Shown here: one piece after another, positions 40,215 through 52,937 of the stretch
How the letters are laid out: every line of letters begins with the position of its first letter
Numbering within the stretch: position 1 is the stretch's first letter
Assembly (NCBI RefSeq): GCF_018350175.1
Contig: NC_058368.1
Location: 219,048,001-219,112,000 of the forward strand
DNA from: Felis catus
Lineage: Eukaryota
Length of the DNA stretch: 64,000 nt
Direction: 5' to 3'
The notes under the pieces: generated by a model
The model's database searches: none
What the model saw: the letters and a program-made list of their open reading frames with translations, nothing else
What the model was told of the DNA's origin: nothing
Program-made: the position numbers and the translations under genes

Positions 40215-40399
40215 ATTTCATTTTATTTTTTAAGTTTATTTATTTTGAGAGAGAGAGCGAGGAAGAGGAGTAGAGAGAGGGAGAGAGAATCTCAAGCGGA
40301 CTCCATGCTCACAGCATGTGGGGCTCAATCTCACCAATTGTGAGATTATGACCTGAGCCAAAATCCAGAGTGGAATGCTTAACTTACACCCAGGCGTCC
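40215..40399 (-). mobile_element. CAN-SINE
   Basis: TSD ttgagttaatt at 40204-40214 and 40400-40410. Confidence 0.9.
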
Positions 40400-40500
40400 T
40401 TGAGTTAATTTTTTGAAGGGTGCTAACATAAGTGGTACTGTGTACCATTTTTAAATTTCAGATTCACTTGCTCATTGCTGATATATAGTAAAGAAATTGA

Positions 40501-40597
40501 TTTTTTATGCTTATTTATTTTGAAAGAGAAAGAGAGAGAGAGAGAATGGGGGAGGGGCAGAGAGAGAGGGAGAGAGAGAATCCCAAGCAGGCCCTCT
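40501..40597 (-). mobile_element. CAN-SINE 3' half only
   Basis: T tail, (GA)n, 'gaatcccaagcaggc', then an abrupt return to L1. Confidence 0.85.
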
Positions 40598-41659
40598 GTT
40601 GTTTGTGGTGTATAATTATATTTAAACATTTTTGTATTTGATTTGCTAATATTTTGTTGGAGATGTTTATATATTTTTTCAGACAGATATTTGTATTTTT
40701 ATTTGTTTAGTTTTGGTATCAGGTTAATACTGTCTTCATAGAATGAGTTAGAAAGTATTTCCTCTGCTTCTATCCTCTGAAAGAAGGATTTTTTTTTAAA
40801 TGTTAGTAGAATTCACTGTGAACCTGTCTGAACTGAGTGCTTTGTGTTTGAGAAAGTTATTAATTATTGATTCAATTGCTATATTAGATATAGGCCTATT
40901 CAGATTCTCTCTTTCTTCTTGTGTGAATTTTGGCAAATTATGCCTTTAAAGAAATTGGCCCATCTTATACAGGTTATCAAATATGGGTTTAGGCTTGTTC
41001 ATAGTATTCTTTATTATCATTTTAATATTTGTAGGATCTCTAAGGATGACCTCCCTTTCATTTCTAATATTAGTAATTTGTGTCCTCTGTCTTTTGTTTT
41101 TAGTTAGCCTTACTAGAGATCTATCACTTTTATTGTTCTTTGTGAAGAACTGGTTTTTGTTTTATTGATTTTTCCCCATCAATTTCTTGTTTTCAATTTC
41201 ATTTATTCCTGCTCTAGCTTTTGGTATTTTTCTTCTGCTTACTTTAGATCTACTTCTCTCTTATTTTTCTTATTTCCCAAGGTAGAAACTTCCATTACTG
41301 ATTTTAGATGTCTTCATTTCTAATAAATGCATTCAACGCCATACATTCTCCTCTAAGCATTGTTGTCACAGCATCCCACACATTTTTGAAAAGTTATGTT
41401 TATTTTCATTTACTTCAAAATATTTTAAATTTCTCTTGAGGTTTCTTCTTTGAGCTGTGTTATTTAGAAATGTGTTGTTTAATCTGTATGTATTTTGGTG
41501 TTATCCAGTTATCTTTCTATTATTTGCTTTTAGTTTAATTGACTGTGTATGTTGTACCTTTAATAGTTATCCCACAGTCCTTGGATGTTATATTTTGTTT
41601 AGTTACATTTTTGTTCTCTCTGCTTTTTAGTTTTTGAGGTTCTATTAAAATACCCTCTT

Positions 41660-41862
41660 GGGGTGCCTGGATACCTCAGTTGGTTAAATGTCTGACTTCA
41701 GTCAGGTCATGATCTCACAACTCATGAGTTCAAGCTCCACATCTGGCTCTCTGCTGTCAACACGGAGCCCAATTTGGACCCTATGTCTCCCTCTCTCTCT
41801 GTACCTCTCCCACCTACACTCTCTTTCTCAAAAATAAATAAACTTTTAAAAAATATTTTAAA
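41660..41862 (+). mobile_element. CAN-SINE
   Basis: Head, body and tail; degenerate TSD aaaata..cctct. Confidence 0.9.
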
Positions 41863-41939
41863 AAATATATCCTCTATCTCATAAATTCTTTCCTTGGCCA
41901 TGTATAGTCTACTAAGTTCATCAAAGGTATTCTTTTTAT

Positions 41940-42823
41940 TTTTTTTTCAATATATGAAATTTATTGTCAAATTGGTTTCCATACAACACCCAGTGCTCAT
42001 CCCAAAATGTGCCCTCCTCAATACCCATCACCCACCCTCCCCTCCCTCCCACCCCCCATCAACCCTCAGTTTGTTCTCAGTTTTTAAGAGTCTCTTATGC
42101 TTTGGCTCTCTCCCACTCTAACCTCTTTTTTTTTTTTTTTCCTTCCTCTCCCCCATGGGTTTCTGTTAAGTTTCTCAGGATCCACATAAGAGTGAAACCA
42201 TATGGTATCTGTCTTTCTCTGTATGGCTTATTTCACTTAGCATAACACTCTCCAGTTCCATCTACGTTGCTACAAAGGGCCATATTTTGTTCTTTCTCAT
42301 TGCCATGTAGTACTCCATTGTGTATATAAACCACAATTTCTTTATCCATTCATCAGTTGATGGACATTTAGGCTCTTTCCACAATTTGGCTTGTTGAGAG
42401 TGCTGCTATAAACATTGGGGTACAAGTGCCCCTATGCATCAGTACTCCTGTATCCCTTGGGTAAATTCCTAGCAGTGCTATTGCTGGGTCATAGGGTAGG
42501 TCTATTTTTAATTTTCTGAGGAACCTCCACACTGTTTTCCACAGCGGCTGCACCAGTTTGCATTCCCACCAACAGTGCAAGAGGGTTCCCGTTTCTCCAC
42601 ATCCTCTCCAGCATCTATAGTCTCCTGATTTGTTCATTTTGGCCACTCTGACTGGCATGAGGTGATATCTGAGTGTGGTTTTGATTTGTATTTCCCTGAT
42701 GAGGAGCGACGTTGAGCATCTTTTCATGTGCCTGTTGGCCATGTGGATGTCTTCTTTAGAGAAGTGTCTATTCATGTTTTCTGCCCATTTCTTCACTGGG
42801 TTATTTGGTTTTTGGGTGTGGAG
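41940..42823 (-). mobile_element. Young feline L1 (L1_Fc-like) 3' fragment
   Basis: Near-intact ORF2 C-terminus (ORF 42368-42796: [19 protein letters not shown]...[25 protein letters not shown]); 3' UTR 'tgtcaaattggtttccatacaacaccc'. Confidence 0.95.
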
Positions 42824-43867
42824 TTTTTATTTCTGTTTTTGTTTCTTTGCTTGTTATTTGTTTTTACCTTTAGCATTTCTTTTTGGTTCTTTCTTAGGAT
42901 TTCCATCTCTCTGCTTACATTGCCTATCTGTCTTACATGATTTAATTTATCCCTTAGTGGCCTTACCATATATATCATAAATGTTTTGATAATTCCAACA
43001 TCCCTGTTATTTCCACTGGAAATAATACATATAAATAGAATACTGGACCAAGAACCTATTTCAAGCTATGGTTTTAAACTACTTATAAAACAATTACTAC
43101 TTTTTAAATATGTTTATTTACCAAAACAAATTCCAGGAATTTTTTGTACCACTCAAATACCTTTTGTCCATTTAATTAGGTCATATCAATTGGAAAGGAA
43201 CCTGGCTGAGCTGCACAACATATTTCTGTGTGATCCCATGAAGAAGCAAAGATAAGGTAGGCAATAACCTTCTGTTCTATTTGAGAGCATTGTGTTTAAA
43301 AATAGTTTATTGTGATTTTGATGATTTCTTTACCAGAGTAAAATTTTAGCTATCAGGATTCTGTCAAGTTCTATCATTTTTTATCATAATTATTTTGAAA
43401 ATATCTACTGTATATCACTTATTTGACATTGAAAGTGGAGGATACAACATGTATAAGCCACATCCTTGTCCTGCAGAGGAATTATAACTGGTTATAGGTA
43501 TACATAAGGATATTTGATAGATTATATATGCTTATGTTTTATATATGATCTGATATATATATATATTATAACATACATATTTATATCCTAAGGTGTAGAA
43601 TCGTATGTGTTATAGCAATTAAAAAGAGGGACAAATCAATCTCTAATTTACTCAGCTAAGGGAGTTGTAATAAATTATATAATAGAATGGAGCCATCACA
43701 GCAAGTGTAAAGCAAGGACAAAGACACAAGACAAAGCATGGGTGTAGAGGGAAAACTTGTCTCAATAACCAAGCTAAAGAATTCAGATTTTATCTTACAG
43801 TAAAATCATTTGAAAACTAGGGATCAACCATAAAATAAAGAGTCTCATATTCAAATCTTTTTGGTCG

Positions 43868-44215
43868 AGTGTTTGACAGTTTTATGCATCAATTTGGCTA
43901 GACTATAGTAACCACTTACGTAAACAGTGTTATAGGTGTAGTTATGAAGATATATATAGATATGGTTAGCATCTACAATCTGTTAACTTTTTAAGAAAGG
44001 TATCTTCTTTGATAATCCAAGTAGTTCTCATCTAATCAGTTGAAAGACCTTAAGAGCAAAACTATAGTTTCCTTAAGGAATAAGAAATTCTACCTGGACT
44101 GCAGCAGCATCATACCTATCAGAGAGCCTCCAGGCTGCCAACTTGCCTTACGGAAAATGGACTTTCCAGCCCTCACAACTTCATAAGCCAATTCCTTGAA
44201 ATAAATCTGTTTTAT
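43868..44215 (+). mobile_element. MLT2-like (ERVL) LTR
   Basis: 'ttttatgcatcaatttggctag...ctcatctaatcagttgaaagaccttaagagcaaaact...agccaattccttgaaataaatct'. Confidence 0.8.
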
Positions 44216-44229
44216 GACTAGGCTCATCT

Positions 44230-45250
44230 TAATAGCCTAGGTACAGAAATCATTTAACAAAATTAATCATGCACTACTGATATAAAATCTCAGCAAAACC
44301 AGGAGTTCAGGGGCACAGATTGAAAACCTAATGATAACTTTGTACCCTAATGTTGAATGTTAAAAGACTAACTGCTTGCCCCCTAAGTTCAGCAACAAGG
44401 AAAGAATGTCTCCTCTTACCAATTCTTAAGCATTACCCTCGAGGTTCTTATTAGTACTTTGTAAGGCAAAAGAAAGAAGAAAGAAAAACATCTACTTTGA
44501 ACTGGAACTGAAACTTAGTTGCAAGTTACGTGATCATCTGTAGAAATTCCAATGGAATCTACAACAATATACTAGAGATAATAACTAAATTTAGCAAAGT
44601 TCCATGATTCAAATTAGCATTTAACTATAGAAAATAAAATAAATTATATTTCTATATATTAATAACCAAAAATTACAATAAAATATAATACCACTTAAAA
44701 CAGTGTTAAAAATAGATCATACTTAAGGATAATTCTGAAAAAATATATCCAAAATATATAAAAGCACATGTCCAGAGATATTCATAACAATGTTATATGT
44801 AATATCCCAAATATGGAAACCCAAATGCTCATCAGCAGGTTAATGAAACAAAAAATTACAAATTATTGTGTATATCTACAAATGGATACTATTAAGCTAT
44901 GAAAACTGAACTATTGATGAAATATCATGGATGGATCTCAAACTAATTGTGCTGAAAGAAGTCAGACAACAGAAAAGCACATACTATGTGATTCCATTTA
45001 TTTAAAACTTTAGAAAATGGAAACTAATCTATAATGACAGAAAGCAGATCAGTGGTTGCTTGGGGGTGTGGACTTATGTGGGGAGGGTCAGAAAGAATTA
45101 AAGGGAGCATGAGGAAACTTTAGGAGTTTATGTGTATGTTCTTTTTTTTTATGATGATTTCAATGTTGTATGATTTCATACATATGTCAAACCTTACTAA
45201 ATATTTGCCTATAAATACTGTAACTTACAATTTCTATTCTAATAAAGCTA
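44230..45250 (+). mobile_element. Old L1 (L1MD/L1ME-like) fragments
   Basis: ORF2-like remnants, then 3' UTR 'actaatctataatgacagaaagcagatcagtggttgcttggg'. Confidence 0.75.
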
Positions 45251-45493
45251 AAATATCACCAAACAACTAGGAAGAGTTAATAATAAAACAGAAGGGAACA
45301 CTTAAATTGCAAGTATGATTATACAATAAATTTTTATCATTTTAGAAGTGAAGCAATAGATAAAGTTTATACTTGTTAAATCTATAGCAACAGTAGCAAT
45401 CTCACTTTAAGAAAATTGTTTAAAATCATGGCATAACTGGAAAATGTCAGTTTCTATAGAAAACTTTTTAGTGTTTTTTGTATTTTTGTTGTC

Positions 45494-45494
<1 letters not shown>

Positions 45495-45552
<58 letters not shown>
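45495..45552. repeat. (TA)n microsatellite
   Basis: Direct reading. Confidence 0.95.
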
Positions 45553-45555
<3 letters not shown>

Positions 45556-46290
45556 TTTGAGCTATGCAATCATATATACACATGAGCTTTTAAATGATTG
45601 GTAATTGCCTGTCTAATTCAATCAATCTTCTTTTGTTGTTGACTTCTTTCTACATCTATTGACTGTGGCAATGTAGAGACCTAAAAAATACATACTTCTC
45701 AGAAGTTTTTCAGCTAGAGTGACCAGGGAACACAGTTCTAACATCATACAAAGAAGTTGTGAGAAGGACTTATATAGAGCTCTAAAAGGAAGGTCAGACT
45801 CAATAGGTGCACACCATTTTGTAGCCTGATATGTCAAGGAAGCCTGGTTCAAGGAGGATACCACACAAAGCCTGTCAAGCACCCCCAGACATCTTTTACA
45901 TGAAGAGTTTAAAAAATAAAACTCTGCCATTGTTTTCTAAATCACTCTTATTTAATTTTATTGGTACTTGAAATGAATAAAATCTATAATATATGCCCAA
46001 AAGACACATACACACATGCGCGCACGCGTGCACACACACACATCACATGCATAATACACAGAGTAATGGTTTGAGAAAGAATACTTACAAGCCAACTCTG
46101 GATTCCTAATTATTTACCTGGGAGGAGTACGCATTTACAGTATTTGTATTATTCCAGTACACACACCCTGCAACTGCTTGTTGTCACTGATAGCTGATGA
46201 AATCTCACAGCTGTACCCTTCTCCAGAAAAGTTACTAACTCCTACTAATTTACAATTAACTAAGAGCTGTCTGTCTAGGAGATTATGCTG

Positions 46291-46292
<2 letters not shown>

Positions 46293-46333
<41 letters not shown>
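46293..46333. repeat. (TG)n microsatellite
   Basis: Direct reading. Confidence 0.95.
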
Positions 46334-46334
<1 letters not shown>

Positions 46335-47408
46335 CCAAAGTATCCAAAATACTTTCCACTTCCTCTGATAAAACTTAATTAACATGATGTTATCAATATA
46401 CAGGACCAATGTGATGTTTGCAGAATATGCAAGTGTTGTAGGTCTGATGTAATCTTAATCATAAAAATACTAAGATGCCTGACACAGATGTGATTATTTT
46501 AGGGGGTATAGTATTTTGTGGCACACTGGGATATCCCTTGCAAAGTTAAACACAAAATAGAACAATTTGTACTTCCTCTATTTAGAAGAAAACACGACAC
46601 ATGGTAGACTTCTTGAGGTTTACAGACAGTATATTTAATGCTTGGAAGAAAGCTCTGAAATTAATGATCTGTTTATCAGGTTACAATGGAAAGTTGCTTA
46701 TTTTGAATGTGGCTCTGAGCATTAAGGTCTCTGCTACAGGTCAACGCTCTAGTACAAGAAACCTTGCCACTTGAGTCATGTGAATAAATCAATCCCAAGG
46801 GATTAGAGGCCTCTGTAGTAAGAAGTGAAGTTGGTAAAATTAATGACAAGGTCTAGTAGGAGACTCACACACTGATCCTTGGATTTAGGACAAGAACCTG
46901 ATATCTCCAGCATGTGCATATAATTATACACCATTTGAAAAGCACCTCTTGCATGCTACTGGTCCCTCCTAGAAACAACATCAATTTACCACATAGCCAG
47001 GATTGACAACTAAGTCTAAGTTCAGGTGAGCCCAGAAGGTACTCATTATAGAATAAAAGTGGTCAACCTAAAACTGGGCTTAGGGAATCCAGAGAGCATA
47101 TGTAAGCTGCAAACATCAACAAACTTCGACATTATCTTCCACTGTTTTACTGATGCTTTTTAGTCAAATGACATCTATGGCCTTATTGGTGTTTTCTATA
47201 CCTAGCTGATGGAGAAAGGAAAAGTCCAAGGTTATTAAAAGTTTGGATTAGTTTGGTATGTATGAGCACATCACAGACTGTTTATGCTCTATAGTCCTTA
47301 GTAAGCTTGTTCCTGAAAGGCAGTGGTCAGGGGTGCACTCTCAGTAGTCAGAGTTTGGGCAGTGTACCTGATCATCCACTTTGTGTAGAAAGAATTAACC
47401 TGGGTTAA

Positions 47409-47410
<2 letters not shown>

Positions 47411-47460
<50 letters not shown>

Positions 47461-47465
47461 GTATA

Positions 47466-47526
<61 letters not shown>
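47411..47526. repeat. Compound (TA)n(TG)n(TA)n microsatellite
   Basis: Direct reading. Confidence 0.95.
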
Positions 47527-47527
<1 letters not shown>

Positions 47528-47629
47528 CTTATGAGGGGCACATAGACCTATAAGACACAACATAGTTTATGAATATTTGCATTGAAAGTTAATGCCCATC
47601 AGACAGTATCCGCTGCAGAAAAGGCAATA

Positions 47630-47835
47630 GGGGCACCTGGGTGGCTCAGTAGGTTAAGCATCCAACTTTGGCTCAGGTCAAGATCTTATGGTTCGTGAGT
47701 TCAATCCCCACATCAGGTCCACTGCTGTCAGTGATGAGCCCACTTTGGATCCTCTGTCCCCCTCTCTTTCTGCCCCTTGCCCATGCATTCTCTCTCTCTC
47801 TGTCTCAAAAATAAAATTTTTTAAAACAATAAAAT
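47630..47835 (+). mobile_element. CAN-SINE inside the ERV
   Basis: Full SINE; degenerate TSD ending gcaata. Confidence 0.92.
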
Positions 47836-49056
47836 AAGAAGCAATAAACTACCAAGTGCACAAGACACCTTATTCAATCAAATGCCATTAAATGTCAGCC
47901 AGCCTTTTCATTGGGCATCCCAGTGCTTATGCCATAGATTATCAAAGTAATTGTCATGGTAGTATACATGGAGATTATGTGTAGTCCAGCAGCTTGGAAT
48001 ATCTCACACCAGTGTGATCCAGCTCTTGGTGCTACTGAGTATTTGGTCTGCTAGTAACAGAGAATAATGCTGAGTCCACAATACAGCTCAATCTCTCAAA
48101 TTAGATGAAGTTAGTCATTTCCTGGAAGTTTGGTTACAATGAACTTCTTAGAACCTAGACAGGGTAATGATTAATCCTGAATGGAAGTGTCACATATTCT
48201 AGAAATGGTTTTGCTTTCCTTCTATGCTATGGCTCATCCAGCCCCATTATTTAAATACTTAGAATGTGTCTGATCTACCAGCATGGGCTTTCCTATACAT
48301 AATATATTCTCAAACCAAGGAACCTGTTTGGTAAAAGTGCTGCAGCAGCATGGTCATGACCATCATTCAGCCACAGGCTTTACTGTCCTCAAATTGTTTC
48401 TCTGGTAAAGTACATTAACAGCTTGAAGAAAAAGGTGAAGTACCAGTTTGCAGGTGAATTCTGAGAGGATGAGATTCTCTAATTCAGAATGTAGAATAAT
48501 CTTTAAGCCAATGGCCATGTCACAGTGCTTTATTTCCAATAGATGGAAACATGGGTGTGGGACTGAAGGAATATAAGTGACAGTGATCACACTCACCGTC
48601 AATCCCAGTGACCAGGTGAAGAATCTGTTTGTCCTGTCCTTTCTAGACTCTCTAGTCTACAGTAGGTCATTCCCACAAGAACATGCCCTACAACTATCTC
48701 TAAAATTATAACTTATAACTTGGGTTCTTTGTGCCAGTTGACCATTAGGTGCAGAAGGAAGTCACTTTACCAGCAAAGGTAATTAATTTTGATCATCGTG
48801 AGAGCTGTTGTTCCATCGCAAAGGCAAGTAAAAATGTACTTGACAATCAAGAGATCCTCTGGGTACTTCTTGGTGTTCTTCTACTTAGTTTTAACTATAA
48901 ATGGGTCAGTAAAAAGATACAACCTGATAAATACACAGTAACTAGGGCTCAGAATCCTTGGGGATCAGAGTCCGAACCAATCAACCACATAGCCCTGTAG
49001 AAGTACTTGTTAAGGGAAAGAGACACCTTGACTGGGTAACAAAAGAAGTAGATGAT

Positions 49057-49260
49057 GGGGCACCTGGGTGGCTCAGTCGGTTAAGCTTCTGACTTCAGCT
49101 CAGGTCATGATCTCACTGTTCATGAGTTTGAGCCCTACATCGGGCTCTGTGCTGACACCTCAGACCCTGGAGCCTTCTTCAGATTCTGTGTCTCCCTCTC
49201 TCTCTGCCCCTTCCTGCTTCACTCTGTCTCTCTCTCAAAACTAAATAAACATTAAAAAAT
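49057..49260 (+). mobile_element. CAN-SINE (SINEC_Fc)
   Basis: TSD aagtagatgat at 49046-49056 and 49261-49271. Confidence 0.95.
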
Positions 49261-49436
49261 AAGTAGATGATGAATATCGATTACAGCCTTACAGAAACTA
49301 TAGCATTGTGTGCTGCCATTCACTGAACTTACCCTTGTATTGTAAATTTTCTAAGAAATTATGACCAACCATTGGCCTAGATGCAGTGAACTAAATATGG
49401 AAATTAAGCACATCTAAGCAATACAATGAGTAGACC

Positions 49437-50098
49437 ATAGTGGAGCTTAATGGTATCCCATTTGGATCCCTTTTACTAGGACAGTATATCCCAGCTGCCT
49501 TGAGAGTTAGCTTTTTTTTTTTAATGTTTATTTATTTTTGAGAGAGAGAGAGACAGAGTGAGCAGGGGAGGGGCAGAGAGAAAGAGGAAGAGAGAATCCC
49601 AAGCAGACTCAACACAGTCAGCACAGAGTCCCATGCAGCCCTCAAACCCACAAACAGTGAGATCATGACCTGAGCTGAAGAAATCGAGAGTTGGACGCTT
49701 AACCAACTGAGCCACCCAGGTGCCCTGAGAGTAAGCTTTAAATGGTGCAGGGCTTCCTCTTCTTTCAAAGATTTACTGTTGTCCAAATATAGGTAATGCT
49801 CAGTGCAGGAGCAACCTACATATAGTCAATAATTGGCTTACAGGAATGTTTAAGACCATCTTCTTTCTTCAAGCTGAAACCAGTTTGTGGAACTATTCAT
49901 GCTCTGGAACTTTGCATGGAAAATCAGACATCTTGTGTGGAATTTCCACCTGTATGTCATCCCTGATTAGTTCAGACTCCTGTGCTATTCTGCTTACTTC
50001 ATTCATTTTCTTCTGAGATAGGGAATTCCTTCAACAAACCATGGGCACCTATATCCCTGTGATAGGCTCTGCTTGCAGGAAAGCCTACCTAAGACACT
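49437..50098 (+). mobile_element. 3' LTR of the ERVL element, LTR16-like (split by a SINE)
   Basis: Follows PPT-like 'atgagtagac'; 'ggatcccttt...cccagctgccttgagagttagct' and end 'ggctctgcttgcaggaaagcctacctaagaca' resemble LTR16. Confidence 0.7.
49515..49725 (-). mobile_element. CAN-SINE
   Basis: TSD tgagagt[t/a]agcttt at 49501-49514 and 49726-49739. Confidence 0.95.
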
Positions 50099-51079
50099 GA
50101 AAGCCTACCTAAGACACTTAGACCATGAGGTATTAAATTAGAACCATAGATTTTCAGCTTTCTCTGTTGTAATCCATTAAAAATATGTGTGCCTGCCGTT
50201 GCACATAGATATAAGTCTTACAAAATATGTCACTCTATAATTCTTAATATCTTTCTTTCAATCCACTGACTGGTATAATGATGCAATAGTGGTTTATTTT
50301 ATTGTATCACACAGTACAATTTTCAAATGCCAGAAAGACATAATTTGCTTGGCCATAATATAGAATATTATCACTGTTTTCCTGCTGTATCTCTTACCAT
50401 TGGTTAAGGCATTTATAGGACCAAGGGTTCTTATACACCTGATCTTATGTCACTTCTGTAAACTGTGGCCCAGTTCTCAGGATATTGGACTTCTTACCAC
50501 TACAGTGACCTCATGTATGACTAGTGTTGCCTTTGTCCTAAGCTATGTTGTCCTGAGGAAGGATCATGTTCATCGCTAGGCCTGAGAGAAAATCATGTAG
50601 CTGCTCTTTTGGAAACTGTAGAGTGTGTAGGTGGGGATATCCACAAAAGTGAATGTAAGGCCCCTTGCTGTATGATACGGAGCTAGAGGTTCTCGGGTTC
50701 AGGTTGCTGGCTCCCCTCATATCACCATGTTCCAAGACAGTTCTTAAGAGTGAGAGTTAAAAACTCATACCTGACCTTTCAAGTGACTATAAAGATATAT
50801 TTTCAAGGGAGGGGAACTGAACATTATTTACTTAATGATCATATCTTATTTATATATTTTAATTATTTAACAAATATTTGTGGATCTTAACTTAAACTCT
50901 TGCAAATATTGGGTTAGATTTAGTATTGCCTTCACTACTTTAGATCTTAGTTTCCCTAGTTGAATCCATGTAACTAGCATCTTTGTATAAGTTACAGTAT
51001 TACAATATGTCCAAGCACTTCCCGTGCACAGTTTTTTCCCGTTGTTCATCTTCTTAATCTAAACCTTTTCCTTTTTTGA

Positions 51080-51420
51080 AAAACTTACATTCCCAATTGT
51101 AAAATGCTCATTAACTCATATTTTCTTCAAACATATTTCATTTTGTTCTATACTGTCCCTGCTACTAACCTCATCATGTCTGTTTGTATTATTTCTCTGT
51201 TTTTGATATAGTTTCTAACACCTCTCTATTTTGTATCATATGAGAACCTTATTAATATTCCATTTACTTGCTCTTCTAAAATTCTTAATTAAAATGCTAA
51301 ACAGGATATTAAATCAGATGGAGGCAAAGAATGACCTCTGTGACAGACCATAAGACAAGTTCCTCAATATACTGTATTGCTATTTATCATGTTTCTTGAT
51401 ATATTACTTCAGATAGTTTT
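51080..51420 (-). mobile_element. L3/CR1 LINE reverse transcriptase fossil
   Basis: Minus-strand translation GLSQRSFFASI*FNI LFSILIKN/LEEQVNGILIRFSYDTK*RGVRNYIKNREIIQTDMMRL...NKMKY...ILQLG aligns to CR1 GVPQGSVLGPVLFNIFINDLDE.IEGMLIKFADDTKLGG.ANT.EDR..IQ.DLDRL...NKMKF...VLHLG. Confidence 0.75.
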
Positions 51421-52937
51421 CTGCGACTGTGAAGTCAATTGAATATTTTTTAAATAGAGTTCTGTTTGGAAATAGAATTGGAAACTAGAATTCTTTAGTT
51501 TTATAAAAATCATTAATTAAAATATTATATGGTCTTAATCAGGATTCAATTTAATAAATGCTTTGTTTTTAAAAGTACCATCATGAGCTGTAATTAATAT
51601 AGAAGACAAACATAGACTTTGGATTTTGTATGCATGGAGGAGTTGGCTCAACATAGGTCTATAATGTTCATTCTTACTTTGTAAGCTCACTTTATCAAGG
51701 CTTTGAGACTTCACAACCAGAGATTTAGTTAACATTTTAAAAGTGGCTGAGCAAAACTCATTCACTAAGTCAGGAGACATTTGGAAGATTTTGACAATCT
51801 TTCAATATAATGTACAAGTCTTCATTCCAAAACAGTGGAAAAATGACAATGGATTTATATAGTCATATGAAAATTGGCTTGAACCACTCATTCCACCAAA
51901 TAAACATATGTTGAAGGGTATCATTCTCCTTGTTTAAAAATACTTCAGTTAGTTATTCTGTTTTTCCAGTACAACCACAAAGCAGAGGTTAGTTATACCA
52001 TATTTTCCAGTGGTATAGTTTTTATTTAAATATAATTTGGGGAAATGGGGTAACCACAAACCATGTCTTAACTATTTCAGTGTATATTCCTCTTTTAATA
52101 TTCCTCAAATATGCCAGTTAAAAGTCTAACATGCAAAAAATACATTAAAGGGACAGAGATGAGGATAAAAATGCTATAAGACACCCCAAAATGATCAACA
52201 TATGGAAACATTTATTCAAAAACATTTGAATATTTGCAAATTATAACCATATAACCAAAAATGAATACAATTATATCAAGTTTTAAGTAAAACATCAAAC
52301 CTATAGAATTTGAATAACTAGAAACTATAGGAAAAATATTTAGGTCACAAATATTGGAGAACATGACTATGCATCTTTCCACAAAGTTATGCCTAATATT
52401 ACGGAATACCATTAACACATTCTCTAGTTTCATAATATGTAATTTATTCAACATCTAGTCATTGAAAAATCTATGATACATGTGGCTTTTTTAAATGAGT
52501 GATAGGTACAATAGTGAATAATAAGAACAGTGTTCCTGCCATCATAAGGGCTGAGATGGGCAAAGGTGTGTATACTAATTAATATGAGAATTTCACAAAG
52601 TGAGAGTGTTGGAAATATAAGAAACGTAATTCATAGGACATGATTTAGAGGCTGAGTTTGCTTATTTAAGGGAATTATGGGAACAAATACTTCATTATGA
52701 TTTTTGCCAAACTTTTGGAATTTAATGAGCTATAAGGGTATATCTTAAAATGAATGGATTCACTCATTTATGAGGAATTTCAAATGGGACCCCCAGAACA
52801 GAGGAGGAGCCTCCAGAACTCTACTGTGATTCATACTGAAAATGATTTAGTGCTTGGCGAAGAACAAAACATCTAACTTGTTATTTTACAAAATTAAGTT
52901 GTGAAAGATTATTTTCCACAATGAAAAGTGAGCATTA

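Larger units (their letters stand above)
36905..42960 (-). mobile_element. Old L1 (L1MC1-like), fragmented by at least five later insertions
   Basis: Antisense L1MC 3' end at 36905-37631 continues from 39613; antisense ORF2-like sequence continues to ~42960. Confidence 0.8.
46110..49436 (+). mobile_element. Decayed ERVL-class (ERV3-16A3-like) pol/integrase/dUTPase internal region
   Basis: DIPCKVKHK (46530-46556) vs ERVL DIPSKVKDK; NYTPFEKHLL (46922-46951) vs NYSPFERQLL; WKFGYNELL...LILNGSVTYSRNGFAF (48123-48221) vs integrase WQVDYIGPL...FVLTGIDTYSGYGFAF; KEVTLPAKVINFDH vs dUTPase-like KGVTVLAGVIDPDY. Confidence 0.85.
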
